Below are positions 35,016 through 44,302 of a stretch of 53,461 bases of DNA, piece by piece (the stretch's first letter is position 1; every line of letters starts with the position of its first letter). Origin of the DNA: a virus (lineage: Duplodnaviria; Caudoviricetes); the IMG/VR virus record IMGVR_UViG_3300006162_000017, positions 1 through 53,461 of that record. One strand, given 5' to 3'. Under the pieces are notes generated by a model, which searched no databases, had not been told where the DNA came from, and saw nothing but the letters and a program-made list of their open reading frames with translations. The position numbers and the translations under genes were made by a program.

Positions 35016-36648
35016 GACGCAGTTCGGAGAAAATATATTTCATGCAAAGTATGCAACTGGACCAAATGACACCTGGGACAACCTTGCCGAACGGGTGGTT
35101 GAAGATGTCTGTGGAACTAGGTGGGGCACCGATAGACCGCTCCTTAGCAGTGGAGATCGCAAAGAGCTTGCAGAGTATATTAAAACCTTCAAATTCGTTC
35201 CGGGAGGCAGATATCTGTATTACGCGGGACGGCCAGCAAAGTTTTACAATAACTGCTACTTACTACGTTGTGAAGAAGATACAAGAGAAGAATGGGCAAA
35301 CATAGCATGGAGAGCAATGTCATGCTTAACAACTGGAGGCGGGATTGGAATTGACTACTCAAGACTTAGAGCAAGTGGCGCTCCGCTTAGAAGGACTGGA
35401 GGACTCGCTAGCGGCCCTCTCCCTCTTATGTCAGCAATCAATGAAATCGGGCGTAATGTCATGCAGGGTGGTTCTAGACGAAGTGCGATTTATGCAAGCC
35501 TTAATTGGAGGCACGAGGACATTCCTGCTTTCCTCACTGCCAAAAACTGGGACGAGCAACGAATCGGATCAACTGGAACTACCACTGGAGACTTAAAGAG
35601 AGCTGACTTTAACTTCCGTGCTCCGTTGGATATGACCAATATCAGTGTCAATTATGATGATGCTTGGGGGTTTGATCCAAATAATCCAGTATTTCTAGCT
35701 AACGTAAGACAAGCTATGATGACTGGTGAGCCAGGATTCAGTTTTAACTTTGGTGATAAAGAAAATGAAACGCTTAGGAACGCATGCACTGAGGTTACGA
35801 GCGAAGATGATTCTGACGTTTGTAATCTTGGGTCAGTCAATCTCGGAAATATTCGTTCTTTGGAAGAATTCAGAGCGGTGGTCGAACTGGCTTCGAAATT
35901 CCTCGTATGTGGAACAATTAGGGCAGACCTCCCATACGCGCGTGTCCGTGAGGTTCGAGAGAAGAATCGCCGTCTCGGCTTGGGGCTCATGGGTATCCAT
36001 GAATGGCTCCTCCAAAGAAGCGAAAGATATGGAATCACAGATGAACTTAAAAGTTGGTTAGAGGTATATAAAAATGACTCTATTAGGTCTGCTAACGCTC
36101 ATTGCGATCATCTCTACATTAGCCATCCCGTGGCTTATCGCGCTATCGCCCCGACTGGTACGATCGGAATCCTCGCGTCTACTACTACAGGGATTGAGCC
36201 TTTGTTTGCTGTCGCTTACAAGCGGCGTTATCTTGTGGATGGGACTCGTTGGCGTTATGAGTATGTGGTCGATTCTACTGCCGATCATCTCATCCGTTCT
36301 TATAGTGTTGATCCTAGCAACATAGAAACTGCACAGGACCTAGCAAATGACCCAGAACGAAGAATCAGATTCCAGGCCGACGTTCAAGATTACGTTGACA
36401 TGTCAATATCATCCACTATTAATCTCCCACCTTGGGGAACTAGAGGAAATAATGAAGACTCGGTTGAGTTATTTGCAAGCTGCTTGTCGAGATACGCTCC
36501 TCGCCTCAGGGGCTTCACCTGCTATCCAGATGGCTCTCGTGGTGGACAACCTATCAGTAAAGTAGATTATTCCGAAGCAATCAAGCACAAAGGTGTGATT
36601 TTTGAAGAACATGAAGAAGTCTGTAGGGGGGGAATATGTGGAATCTGA
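34996..36648 (+). CDS. nrdJ: class II (adenosylcobalamin) ribonucleotide reductase
   Basis: PGGR, NNC, GGGIG, NACTE, CNLGS, APTGT, C-terminal Cys pair; no NrdB gene seen. Confidence 0.85.
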   Translation: MQQPRFKTQFGENIFHAKYATGPNDTWDNLAERVVEDVCGTRWGTDRPLLSSGDRKELAEYIKTFKFVPGGRYLYYAGRPAKFYNNCYLLRCEEDTREEWANIAWRAMSCLTTGGGIGIDYSRLRASGAPLRRTGGLASGPLPLMSAINEIGRNVMQGGSRRSAIYASLNWRHEDIPAFLTAKNWDEQRIGSTGTTTGDLKRADFNFRAPLDMTNISVNYDDAWGFDPNNPVFLANVRQAMMTGEPGFSFNFGDKENETLRNACTEVTSEDDSDVCNLGSVNLGNIRSLEEFRAVVELASKFLVCGTIRADLPYARVREVREKNRRLGLGLMGIHEWLLQRSERYGITDELKSWLEVYKNDSIRSANAHCDHLYISHPVAYRAIAPTGTIGILASTTTGIEPLFAVAYKRRYLVDGTRWRYEYVVDSTADHLIRSYSVDPSNIETAQDLANDPERRIRFQADVQDYVDMSISSTINLPPWGTRGNNEDSVELFASCLSRYAPRLRGFTCYPDGSRGGQPISKVDYSEAIKHKGVIFEEHEEVCRGGICGI

Positions 36649-36956
36649 TGTACCTCATTGGTTACATATACTTGGGATGGATACTGTTCATAGCATATGC
36701 AGCAGCGAGCGCTCAGTGGTCAGTATTGCCCAAGTCTATCCGGGCACTGTTGCTTCCGGCGGGGTTACTGGGTTTTGGTATGGACGTAATATTCAACTGG
36801 ACGCTGGCAAACATTCTGTTTCTAGAACTGCCCTCCACCTGGACCCTGACCCAAAGGATGCACAACCATCTACTGGATACAGGGTGGAGGGGTGTGATGT
36901 CTAGATGGATCTGTAAGAACATGTTAGACGCTTTCCAAGTTCATCACTGTGAATAA
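36636..36956 (+). CDS. hypothetical membrane protein
   Basis: two hydrophobic segments; last gene of + arm. Confidence 0.65.
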   Translation: MWNLMYLIGYIYLGWILFIAYAAASAQWSVLPKSIRALLLPAGLLGFGMDVIFNWTLANILFLELPSTWTLTQRMHNHLLDTGWRGVMSRWICKNMLDAFQVHHCE

Positions 36957-36985
36957 AAAAAGGCCCCGAAAGGGGCCTTTTCTTT
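36955..36985. terminator. bidirectional Rho-independent terminator
   Basis: A7-GGCCCC-GAAA-GGGGCC-TTTTCTTT at the arm convergence. Confidence 0.92.
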
Positions 36986-36996
36986 AGATGAGAGGA

Positions 36997-37272
36997 TCAC
37001 GCTCCCTTCTGTAATATCTTTAGTTTCTTAACCATCGGCTTTGGAATTCTAATTCGTCCGTTCCAGTGTAGGTCTCCTTGCTCATCAGTAGATATAGTAT
37101 GAGAAATATAGTATGCAGTTTTAGTCTCCTTCACAAGGAATCCTACAGTTAATACTAAAGCATCCTTACTGTCATCTATCTCCGTCTCAGCTTCGTTGTC
37201 CCAATTTGAATCAGTCTCTGCATCATCCCAGGTAATTTCTAGAAGATTAACTGGAATTGGCTTGGTTAGCAT
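36997..37272 (-). CDS. conserved phage hypothetical protein
   Basis: ITWDDA...TVGFL...IP pattern; GAGG RBS. Confidence 0.65.
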   Translation of the reverse strand: MLTKPIPVNLLEITWDDAETDSNWDNEAETEIDDSKDALVLTVGFLVKETKTAYYISHTISTDEQGDLHWNGRIRIPKPMVKKLKILQKGA

Positions 37273-37516
37273 CTTCCCTCCTCAGATCAATTGCTCGATC
37301 TCCCCTCATATATTGGGCAGCTCCTAGCGCTCCAATGATCGTACTACACGACCCAGCAAAAGAAATGGCGCTAAAAGTATGTCCCAACCAAAAGACATCA
37401 TAACCAGTAAAACCAAGAAGAGCGACAAAAGCGTGAGCCGCACCCACTTCGGCCATGTTATAATGGCCGGAAGAATCCTTAAACGCATCTAATAATCCTT
37501 GGATGTTCACACCCAT
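37247..37516 (-). CDS. putative holin
   Basis: two hydrophobic helices, charged C-terminus, next to endolysin. Confidence 0.5.
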   Translation of the reverse strand: MGVNIQGLLDAFKDSSGHYNMAEVGAAHAFVALLGFTGYDVFWLGHTFSAISFAGSCSTIIGALGAAQYMRGDRAIDLRREDANQANSS

Positions 37517-37935
37517 ACTCCTGTTTTAATCTGTTCTGCGAGCCTTTGCGCGCGGTTTGGAACCTGCTTTGCCCAAAGACTATTCAACATATACGCACTA
37601 GCGTTAACCCAGTTCTGTTCTTTGAATGCTTCTATGGTGTTCGAGAACTGTAGGAATCTACTGATACCTAGATTGAATACCATGTTGCATACTGCTCCCT
37701 GCCGTACAAAATCCATCCCATGATACCATGAGTAAGGATCTAGTTGATCTTCTACTTTAGCGATATCTGCTGCAAGCCAGTCCAGAGCTTGTTGATAACT
37801 GATACCATCCGCAAACTGTTGTAACTCCTCCGCGCTCATTAGGTGCCCAACACCTATTGTCCAATTCCCTAGCGTATCCTTATAGGGCTTTAGTACTAGC
37901 CCCTCATCTCTGATTAGCTGCGTTTGCAGGTCCAT
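37507..37935 (-). CDS. endolysin (T4-type lysozyme, GH24)
   Basis: DEG..LKPYKD..G.WTIGVGH, NMVFNLG, SLWAKQVPNRA. Confidence 0.9.
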   Translation of the reverse strand: MDLQTQLIRDEGLVLKPYKDTLGNWTIGVGHLMSAEELQQFADGISYQQALDWLAADIAKVEDQLDPYSWYHGMDFVRQGAVCNMVFNLGISRFLQFSNTIEAFKEQNWVNASAYMLNSLWAKQVPNRAQRLAEQIKTGVWV

Positions 37936-40900
37936 AATAATTTTGTACTCCCAATAGATAATTTCTCAGTCTCATGTACTTTTCGGCACCTTCGAGGTTA
38001 CGTGCGCCTAAAGCAGCCTTCTGCTGAAAGTCTGTATTCCATTTAATAACCAAATCTCGGAAGTGGTTATTAGACATTAGTGTTCTTGGATCTCCGCCAA
38101 GGCTTACGTACTTTTGGATATAGTTCGTAGCCCCGGACATATCATTATTACGGATAGCAGAATCTAGAGAACTGGTAAGGGAGTCTCTACGTTCCTGTAA
38201 AGACTGCTCATTCTGTTTGGATGCGAAGTCTCTTTCCTTTGTAGCTGCTTCCTTGGTACCCATAAATCCCCAGGAACGGATGTTCTCCTCGTTGGTCATT
38301 AGACCTCCGGGGGCTTCTCCACGCCTGTAGTTACCTTCTCCGGGATTGTTGGGGGAACTAGATACCCCAGCAGGGGAAGTGAACCAGCTACGGGTGTTTA
38401 TGGCATCTGGTAAATCCTGCCCAAAAGCCTTGCCAGTTTCCACCATACCGCGCATACCATAAGGAAGCTGATTATAGATCATCTTATGGAGATTGTCTTT
38501 TGATGGGTTTGATATGTAATCCCATACTGGGGCAGTAGTATTCTTTAGTTCTGATAGGAATGGGAATATGCCCGTTAACGATGGATCTACGATAGTACCT
38601 GATTCAAGAGAACTAGCAAAGTTAATCCCTGTCCAGGGAGATACAATACCTCTCTGGGCCTCAAAGGGAAGATGTTGCATTACGAAGTTCTTGGGACTCC
38701 ATTGGGCGAACTCTGGGGATACGAACTTTGTGGGAACCATATCTCTAAACCATCTGTATAGCTGGTCCAAGGATTCGAACCCAACAAATCCCATAATGCC
38801 CGCGTAGGCAAGTTGTATACCAGACATAGCCAGAAGAGGAGCATAGTTTTTCTTTTCTATTGCAAGTTTAGCATAATCATGGAACTGATTAAGGAAGTTA
38901 ATTTCAAACTGACGTAAGGTAGATAGGCCTGTACCAACTAAACCAAGCTTGGTGAATGCTAGGGCACGGTCGGTGTGACGAAATGAGCCCATCGTTTCGG
39001 TTGTCTGTCTGTTGGCATCAGAAAACAAATTCAGCAGATTTTCGTGATTGCTTAGATCTCCGTATTTGCCTGACTGTCTCAAATGGTGTACGAACGACAT
39101 GAAGGCATTGACACGGGCTACGCGTTCGCCTTCTTGCATGAAGTACCCACCAATGGCCTGTGACTTCTTTACGAAAGCGTCCGATACACTACGGCCTAGT
39201 TCTCCAACATCAGAGAACGGATTGTTCGTAGCTACCTGATTGGTTACAAGGAAGTCCGCTGCTTTTTTAGCAATGTCAGTAAGCTTGACTGTATTCCCAC
39301 CATTAAGGCCTTTACTATAATGATTAATAAGAATAGCTTGAGAATCTCGCATCCCATGAACTAATGTCTCCAGTGGATTGTGTGAATACCCTTCAGCAGA
39401 CAGCTTCATATGTCTGGGCATAGTAAAGAAAGGCTGGAACAGTCCATTAACCAACAGGTGCTGTGGCTTCCAGAATCCAAGTGCCTTGAGGTAGATAAGG
39501 TTCTTGGAGAACTTAAGGGCTTGAGTACCTGCTCTCAGGTCAATGGGAACGTTCCTGATACCGGGGATAGTATCTATCATCTCTCCCAGTCCCTTGAATA
39601 CGGCATTCTCAAATGCAGAGACAAGCTTGTCCTTACCAAAGCCCATCTGGACTCTGGCATGCTCGGCAAGGTATTCTAGTGTGTTGGGGTGTGACTGCTT
39701 TAGTTCTGGATCGCTGAGGATCTTGGAGGAGGCGTGTACAGCGTCCTGCATACTGGCCCACTTGTATCCTTGGGACATGTGATCCAGTTGGGTACCCCAC
39801 CAACTGACTGTATCTTTTCTAGCATCCAGCCAAGGTCTATCTCCTACAAAGAATCTGCTTCCTTGTTTAGGTTCGAAATGCTTGGAGAAGTCATTAACGT
39901 TCTTGCCTTCTTTGGCATAGAAATCGTTTATGAAGTCAGCAAAGGCTTTGGTGTGAGGACTATCCTTACCAAAAGCAGTAATGAAGTCTTTGTATGTGGT
40001 CATGTAATCCTGTCCCTTGTCGTAGAGTTGTCTACGATAGTCAACCTTTTCGTTGACTTGGTAATCAGGATTGTTCTTCTTTATGTACTCGATACCCTTA
40101 CGGACTTCAGCCTTGCTGTGTCCAGCAACCCAGCCTACGTTAACAGGCTGCCCATCAATCATCTTGGTTACTTCCGCCTTCCATGGACCAGACCAGTGAG
40201 AGGTCATATACTGATCTCTTGGCTTGATCGGATCCATACCGTTAGCTAGTCTCTTCTCATTGATGAAGTCCAGATTCTTCTTCTGGGTTTCTCTCATCAT
40301 GTCATAGACTTTCTTCTCGGCAGGAGAAAGCTTGGCCTGTTCCTTTAAGTCTGGGGCGTTGTCAAGATCCTCTTTAATCATTAGATCTTTGACGTTCTTT
40401 AGACTTTTCCAATTAGAATCAGGAATAAGGTTCTTAATGTCTTCTCGGAGTTTATTAACAACGGTATCTTCGTAATAATGAGCAAGAGCATTAGCCCTAC
40501 CATACAACTTACCAAACATATAGATAGCAGGATTACGCTTAAGATTAGCATATTGCTCATTCGAGATAGTGAAGTGCTGCTGTACAAACTCCCCAACAGT
40601 CTTTGGTAGGTCCTTTACTCCTAGCATTGCTGCCTTAATCATCTCTGGTTTAGGGGCAGGCTCTACATACTTCTCCTGCATTTTTCCTAGACCAGGCGTA
40701 GCAGACACAGATTTGTCTATTGGATCTTCAGAGATACCTTTTTCATTAGCTTGTCTGGCAGCAGATTGCATGGGAGTTTCCATATGATCTCTGGCTTTGA
40801 TACCAGCTTTATGGAAATCATCCTCTATTTTATTGAAATTCTCTGCATGATATTGAGCAATGGATTTTGTGATGTCTATGAGCGGATTCACTACATAACG

Positions 40901-42739
40901 AGAACCATCAAATACTTTAGACACACCATTGACGATAGTTTGGTATCCGTCAATGCCACGGATCTTTATCTTCTGCAGTAATCTTTGGAAATTGGGATTG
41001 GAAAAGGTCTCGCTGAGAAGTTCTCGTATGTTGCTTAAACCATACACTGGACCTCTCTTTACGTTAGTTCCTTTGAATTCGTAGGAAGTGCGCTGCCAAG
41101 GATCTCCCTCGAACTCTGATCTTGGAGAACCAGCATCCTTGATTCTAGCTAGAATGGTTTCTAGATCTTTATTGAATTTATCAATAGTGGGATTGCTATA
41201 CTTTGTACCAACAAGTCTTAACACTCTTGAAGTGGCAGCATGGAGCATTTCGTGCATAAACACACGATCATTAGTATACCCCTTACCTAAGGAAATTGAG
41301 TGTGTATCGGGATAGTATGATCCTGCGTTACCAGTTTCATTGGCATGCCCATCAAACTTACCAAGCTGTACGTATACGTCAAGGGATTTGAAGATATCTG
41401 GAAATTTCTGGAGCATCTTGGCAGCATAACGGAGATACCCATCAGAATTACTAGAGATCCAGTCCATAGCTTTAAATGGATCTATTCTACCCTGGTCATC
41501 TATTAGATGAGAAAGGTCTTTGCCTCCAGTGGAATTCCAATGGAGATTGGCCTCTTCTCTATCGTCCGGGTGCATGAAATCGCCCTGACCATGCTCATCC
41601 ACCCAAGCTTGTTCTCCGGGATTTAATTCCCTACCAAGGAAAGAACTATAGTGTGGACTGGCGATAGAGGTATCCTTACCTGGGATTCCACCACCTGGAT
41701 TACCTCCCTCAGCTTCCATGTCCTTAGCCTGGGCTTCATGTTCGGTATCCTTCCTAGTGATATTATCATGGGAGGTACCTTCTGGAAACAGGGACATTTG
41801 GTTTCCAGGTTCAAACCCTCTGTGTAATAGAGAACCTTGTTCTCCATACATCTCTGGACGTTCTGCTTCCCAGTCTCTGGGGGTAGTCTTGTCTGCGAAT
41901 AGATCCCCCTGGTGATAACCCCCCTGTAAAGGAAGTTCTAGCTGGGATGGGGGTGGAGTACCTGCTTCAGGAGAAGTCGTCTCTGGGGCCGTTTTAGAGG
42001 GTTCTGAAGGGGGTTTTTCACCCCAGAGAGCATGAGCAATTCCGCCAAAAATGGCATCATTAACCATGCTTTCCATGTCATTCCAAGCAGGTTGTTTTTC
42101 TGCAACATCATTGTAACCTTGGGACTTGAGGTATTGTTTGGTAGCTCCTCTGACGGCAGCATTTGCTGCTACGTTAGCTCCGATGGTTGGTAGGAGTCCT
42201 TTGGGAAGAACAGCACCGGCAGCTAGATTACCTCCAAATTGCATCTCTCCAGAGGTTAGGGCCGTAGTAGGATCAACCCCCTGATTAGAGAGTTGATCCA
42301 TGTGCTCGGTAGCTCCACCACCCATGGCACCGATGGCATTACCTGCCCCGGCACCAAGAGATGTTACACCTGCAATAAGGTTACTAGCCTTCTCCCAATT
42401 ACCTTGGGGGGACATTCCCTGATCTCCAAAGAAATCATGAATGCCTTTGTTAAGAGATCCTGGTTCTCCAGCATTCTCTTTACGAACAGCTTCGAAGAAG
42501 TCGTCTGCTGTTCCTTGTGCACCAAGCGCGCCAGCTACACCACCTATACCAAGTGCAGCACCCTTCAATATACTTTGCCCGCCCATAGCAATGCCTTGAC
42601 CAACAGCACCTGCTGCTTGTCCTAGAGCACTGGGTTGTTTGGGGAATAACTTATCCGCTACCGCCTGAATGTCTTCAGGGGAAGGTTGTTGATCGAAATT
42701 TACGCTATGCCCGGAATCGAAATTAACCGTGTAAGGCAT
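37904..42739 (-). CDS. large internal virion/ejection protein with zincin-like motif
   Basis: 1611 aa, last of three non-tail virion genes; HEMLH. Confidence 0.75.
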   Translation of the reverse strand: MPYTVNFDSGHSVNFDQQPSPEDIQAVADKLFPKQPSALGQAAGAVGQGIAMGGQSILKGAALGIGGVAGALGAQGTADDFFEAVRKENAGEPGSLNKGIHDFFGDQGMSPQGNWEKASNLIAGVTSLGAGAGNAIGAMGGGATEHMDQLSNQGVDPTTALTSGEMQFGGNLAAGAVLPKGLLPTIGANVAANAAVRGATKQYLKSQGYNDVAEKQPAWNDMESMVNDAIFGGIAHALWGEKPPSEPSKTAPETTSPEAGTPPPSQLELPLQGGYHQGDLFADKTTPRDWEAERPEMYGEQGSLLHRGFEPGNQMSLFPEGTSHDNITRKDTEHEAQAKDMEAEGGNPGGGIPGKDTSIASPHYSSFLGRELNPGEQAWVDEHGQGDFMHPDDREEANLHWNSTGGKDLSHLIDDQGRIDPFKAMDWISSNSDGYLRYAAKMLQKFPDIFKSLDVYVQLGKFDGHANETGNAGSYYPDTHSISLGKGYTNDRVFMHEMLHAATSRVLRLVGTKYSNPTIDKFNKDLETILARIKDAGSPRSEFEGDPWQRTSYEFKGTNVKRGPVYGLSNIRELLSETFSNPNFQRLLQKIKIRGIDGYQTIVNGVSKVFDGSRYVVNPLIDITKSIAQYHAENFNKIEDDFHKAGIKARDHMETPMQSAARQANEKGISEDPIDKSVSATPGLGKMQEKYVEPAPKPEMIKAAMLGVKDLPKTVGEFVQQHFTISNEQYANLKRNPAIYMFGKLYGRANALAHYYEDTVVNKLREDIKNLIPDSNWKSLKNVKDLMIKEDLDNAPDLKEQAKLSPAEKKVYDMMRETQKKNLDFINEKRLANGMDPIKPRDQYMTSHWSGPWKAEVTKMIDGQPVNVGWVAGHSKAEVRKGIEYIKKNNPDYQVNEKVDYRRQLYDKGQDYMTTYKDFITAFGKDSPHTKAFADFINDFYAKEGKNVNDFSKHFEPKQGSRFFVGDRPWLDARKDTVSWWGTQLDHMSQGYKWASMQDAVHASSKILSDPELKQSHPNTLEYLAEHARVQMGFGKDKLVSAFENAVFKGLGEMIDTIPGIRNVPIDLRAGTQALKFSKNLIYLKALGFWKPQHLLVNGLFQPFFTMPRHMKLSAEGYSHNPLETLVHGMRDSQAILINHYSKGLNGGNTVKLTDIAKKAADFLVTNQVATNNPFSDVGELGRSVSDAFVKKSQAIGGYFMQEGERVARVNAFMSFVHHLRQSGKYGDLSNHENLLNLFSDANRQTTETMGSFRHTDRALAFTKLGLVGTGLSTLRQFEINFLNQFHDYAKLAIEKKNYAPLLAMSGIQLAYAGIMGFVGFESLDQLYRWFRDMVPTKFVSPEFAQWSPKNFVMQHLPFEAQRGIVSPWTGINFASSLESGTIVDPSLTGIFPFLSELKNTTAPVWDYISNPSKDNLHKMIYNQLPYGMRGMVETGKAFGQDLPDAINTRSWFTSPAGVSSSPNNPGEGNYRRGEAPGGLMTNEENIRSWGFMGTKEAATKERDFASKQNEQSLQERRDSLTSSLDSAIRNNDMSGATNYIQKYVSLGGDPRTLMSNNHFRDLVIKWNTDFQQKAALGARNLEGAEKYMRLRNYLLGVQNYYGPANAANQR

Positions 42740-44301
42740 TACCTACCTCCAGACTTTAGCCTTATTGCTTCTCCAACAGCAGCCAGTTGAACCATCGCTT
42801 CCTGGCTTTGGGGATTCTTTTGGAATAGGTCCCTAGCCTGCATGAACATCTGCTTAAGGGTTGGGAGATCATAGTTCTGAGCAAACATATAACCATTCCT
42901 GCGGGCAGCAATACCAGCCTCTTGTTGAGACATAGCTTGCTGTTGAGGAGCCTGAGGAGGCTGCCCCTGAGGAGCTTGTGGTGCTCCTTGTGGTGGAGCA
43001 GCGACCGCGTTTCCAGCAGCGCCAGTTTGACCAGGATTATATCTACCTTGGCTCATTAACTGTTGCTTTTGATTCAATAGCATTGACATTTCATTACGGA
43101 TAGAACTTTGATCGTTAGCGTATCTAGGATCGGATAGTTCTTGTCTTAAGATGTTAAGCCTGGAATCAATGTCATTTCCCTGGACAGGGAAGTTAGCTCT
43201 GAGATCAGATTGCGGCTGTGCTGGCTGTGGAGGTTGTGCTTGAGGCATTGGCTGCCCTTGAGGACCACCAACAGGAAGACCTGCCATGTTGGGCGTAGCC
43301 GAAGGAGAACCTCCAGGAGCAGCGCCTGGGGCAGTGACTGTATAGCTTTTGCCATTGACTGTACCACTTTCAACGCCAGGAGCAGCTCCACCCCCACCAC
43401 CAACTCCGGGTGGAGTAGCCCCAGTGGGACCGGGCATACCCATCATACCATAGAGCATGTACTGTTGCATGAATGCTTGGAATGCTTTGATGCTATTGTT
43501 ACGATCTGTGGCGTCTTGGGTTTGTCTAATGGCATAAGCTTCTCCATTAGCATCCCCGTTTTGATGTGCTTCAAACGCCTTGGATGCCCAGAATTGACCC
43601 GCCTTTTGGGGGTCAGATTTAAGATCAATTTGATGTTGCGCAGCTTCGAAATCCATTTTCTTTTGTGCAAGCTTTTCTTCCATAGTAAGCTGCATACCAG
43701 TACGCTCAGTAGCTCCTGATTGCTCAATAGCAGTCTTCATAAGCTCTGGATTAAGTTTTAGGAGACGTTCTGCATTAGCTTGATGCCCACCACCACTATA
43801 TTGAAATGCCGCCTGTGCTGGACCTAGACTAGCTTGTTGAGATTTAGCAGCAGCCACTGCTCCGCCCTGCCATCTATTAAGAGCATCTGCTGGATCTATA
43901 TTGTATTTCTTGGCTAATGCCATTTGGGCTTGTTCTGCTTGGGCAGGATTCATATTATCAAACACAGGAGCATTCTTAATGTATTCCTGATCTGCTAGAT
44001 TCCTACGTTCAGATTCTGTTTTGGCTAGTTGACCTGTAAGATCTGATGTAGCTGCTTGGATTCGTAGATTAGGATCTAGGCCAGCAGTAACATCATTCTT
44101 AAGTCTTTCCTCACGAGTTAATTCTTGAGTTTGCCCAGTTTGAGCTTGTGTATTAGCTGTAGTGGCTTGGGCATTAGCCATGTTTTGTTGCCAAGCTTGT
44201 TGCCCCATTTGAGCTGCTTGGGCTGGACCATATAGTGGATTAGCTATGGGAAGGCCAAGGCCATTCCCCATTCCACCAAGATCTGCAGTAGATACTGTCA
44301 T
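42739..44301 (-). CDS. internal virion/ejection protein
   Basis: Gln/Ala/Gly/Pro-rich; start MTVSTADL just after previous stop. Confidence 0.65.
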   Translation of the reverse strand: MTVSTADLGGMGNGLGLPIANPLYGPAQAAQMGQQAWQQNMANAQATTANTQAQTGQTQELTREERLKNDVTAGLDPNLRIQAATSDLTGQLAKTESERRNLADQEYIKNAPVFDNMNPAQAEQAQMALAKKYNIDPADALNRWQGGAVAAAKSQQASLGPAQAAFQYSGGGHQANAERLLKLNPELMKTAIEQSGATERTGMQLTMEEKLAQKKMDFEAAQHQIDLKSDPQKAGQFWASKAFEAHQNGDANGEAYAIRQTQDATDRNNSIKAFQAFMQQYMLYGMMGMPGPTGATPPGVGGGGGAAPGVESGTVNGKSYTVTAPGAAPGGSPSATPNMAGLPVGGPQGQPMPQAQPPQPAQPQSDLRANFPVQGNDIDSRLNILRQELSDPRYANDQSSIRNEMSMLLNQKQQLMSQGRYNPGQTGAAGNAVAAPPQGAPQAPQGQPPQAPQQQAMSQQEAGIAARRNGYMFAQNYDLPTLKQMFMQARDLFQKNPQSQEAMVQLAAVGEAIRLKSGGR

Positions 44302-44302
44302 A

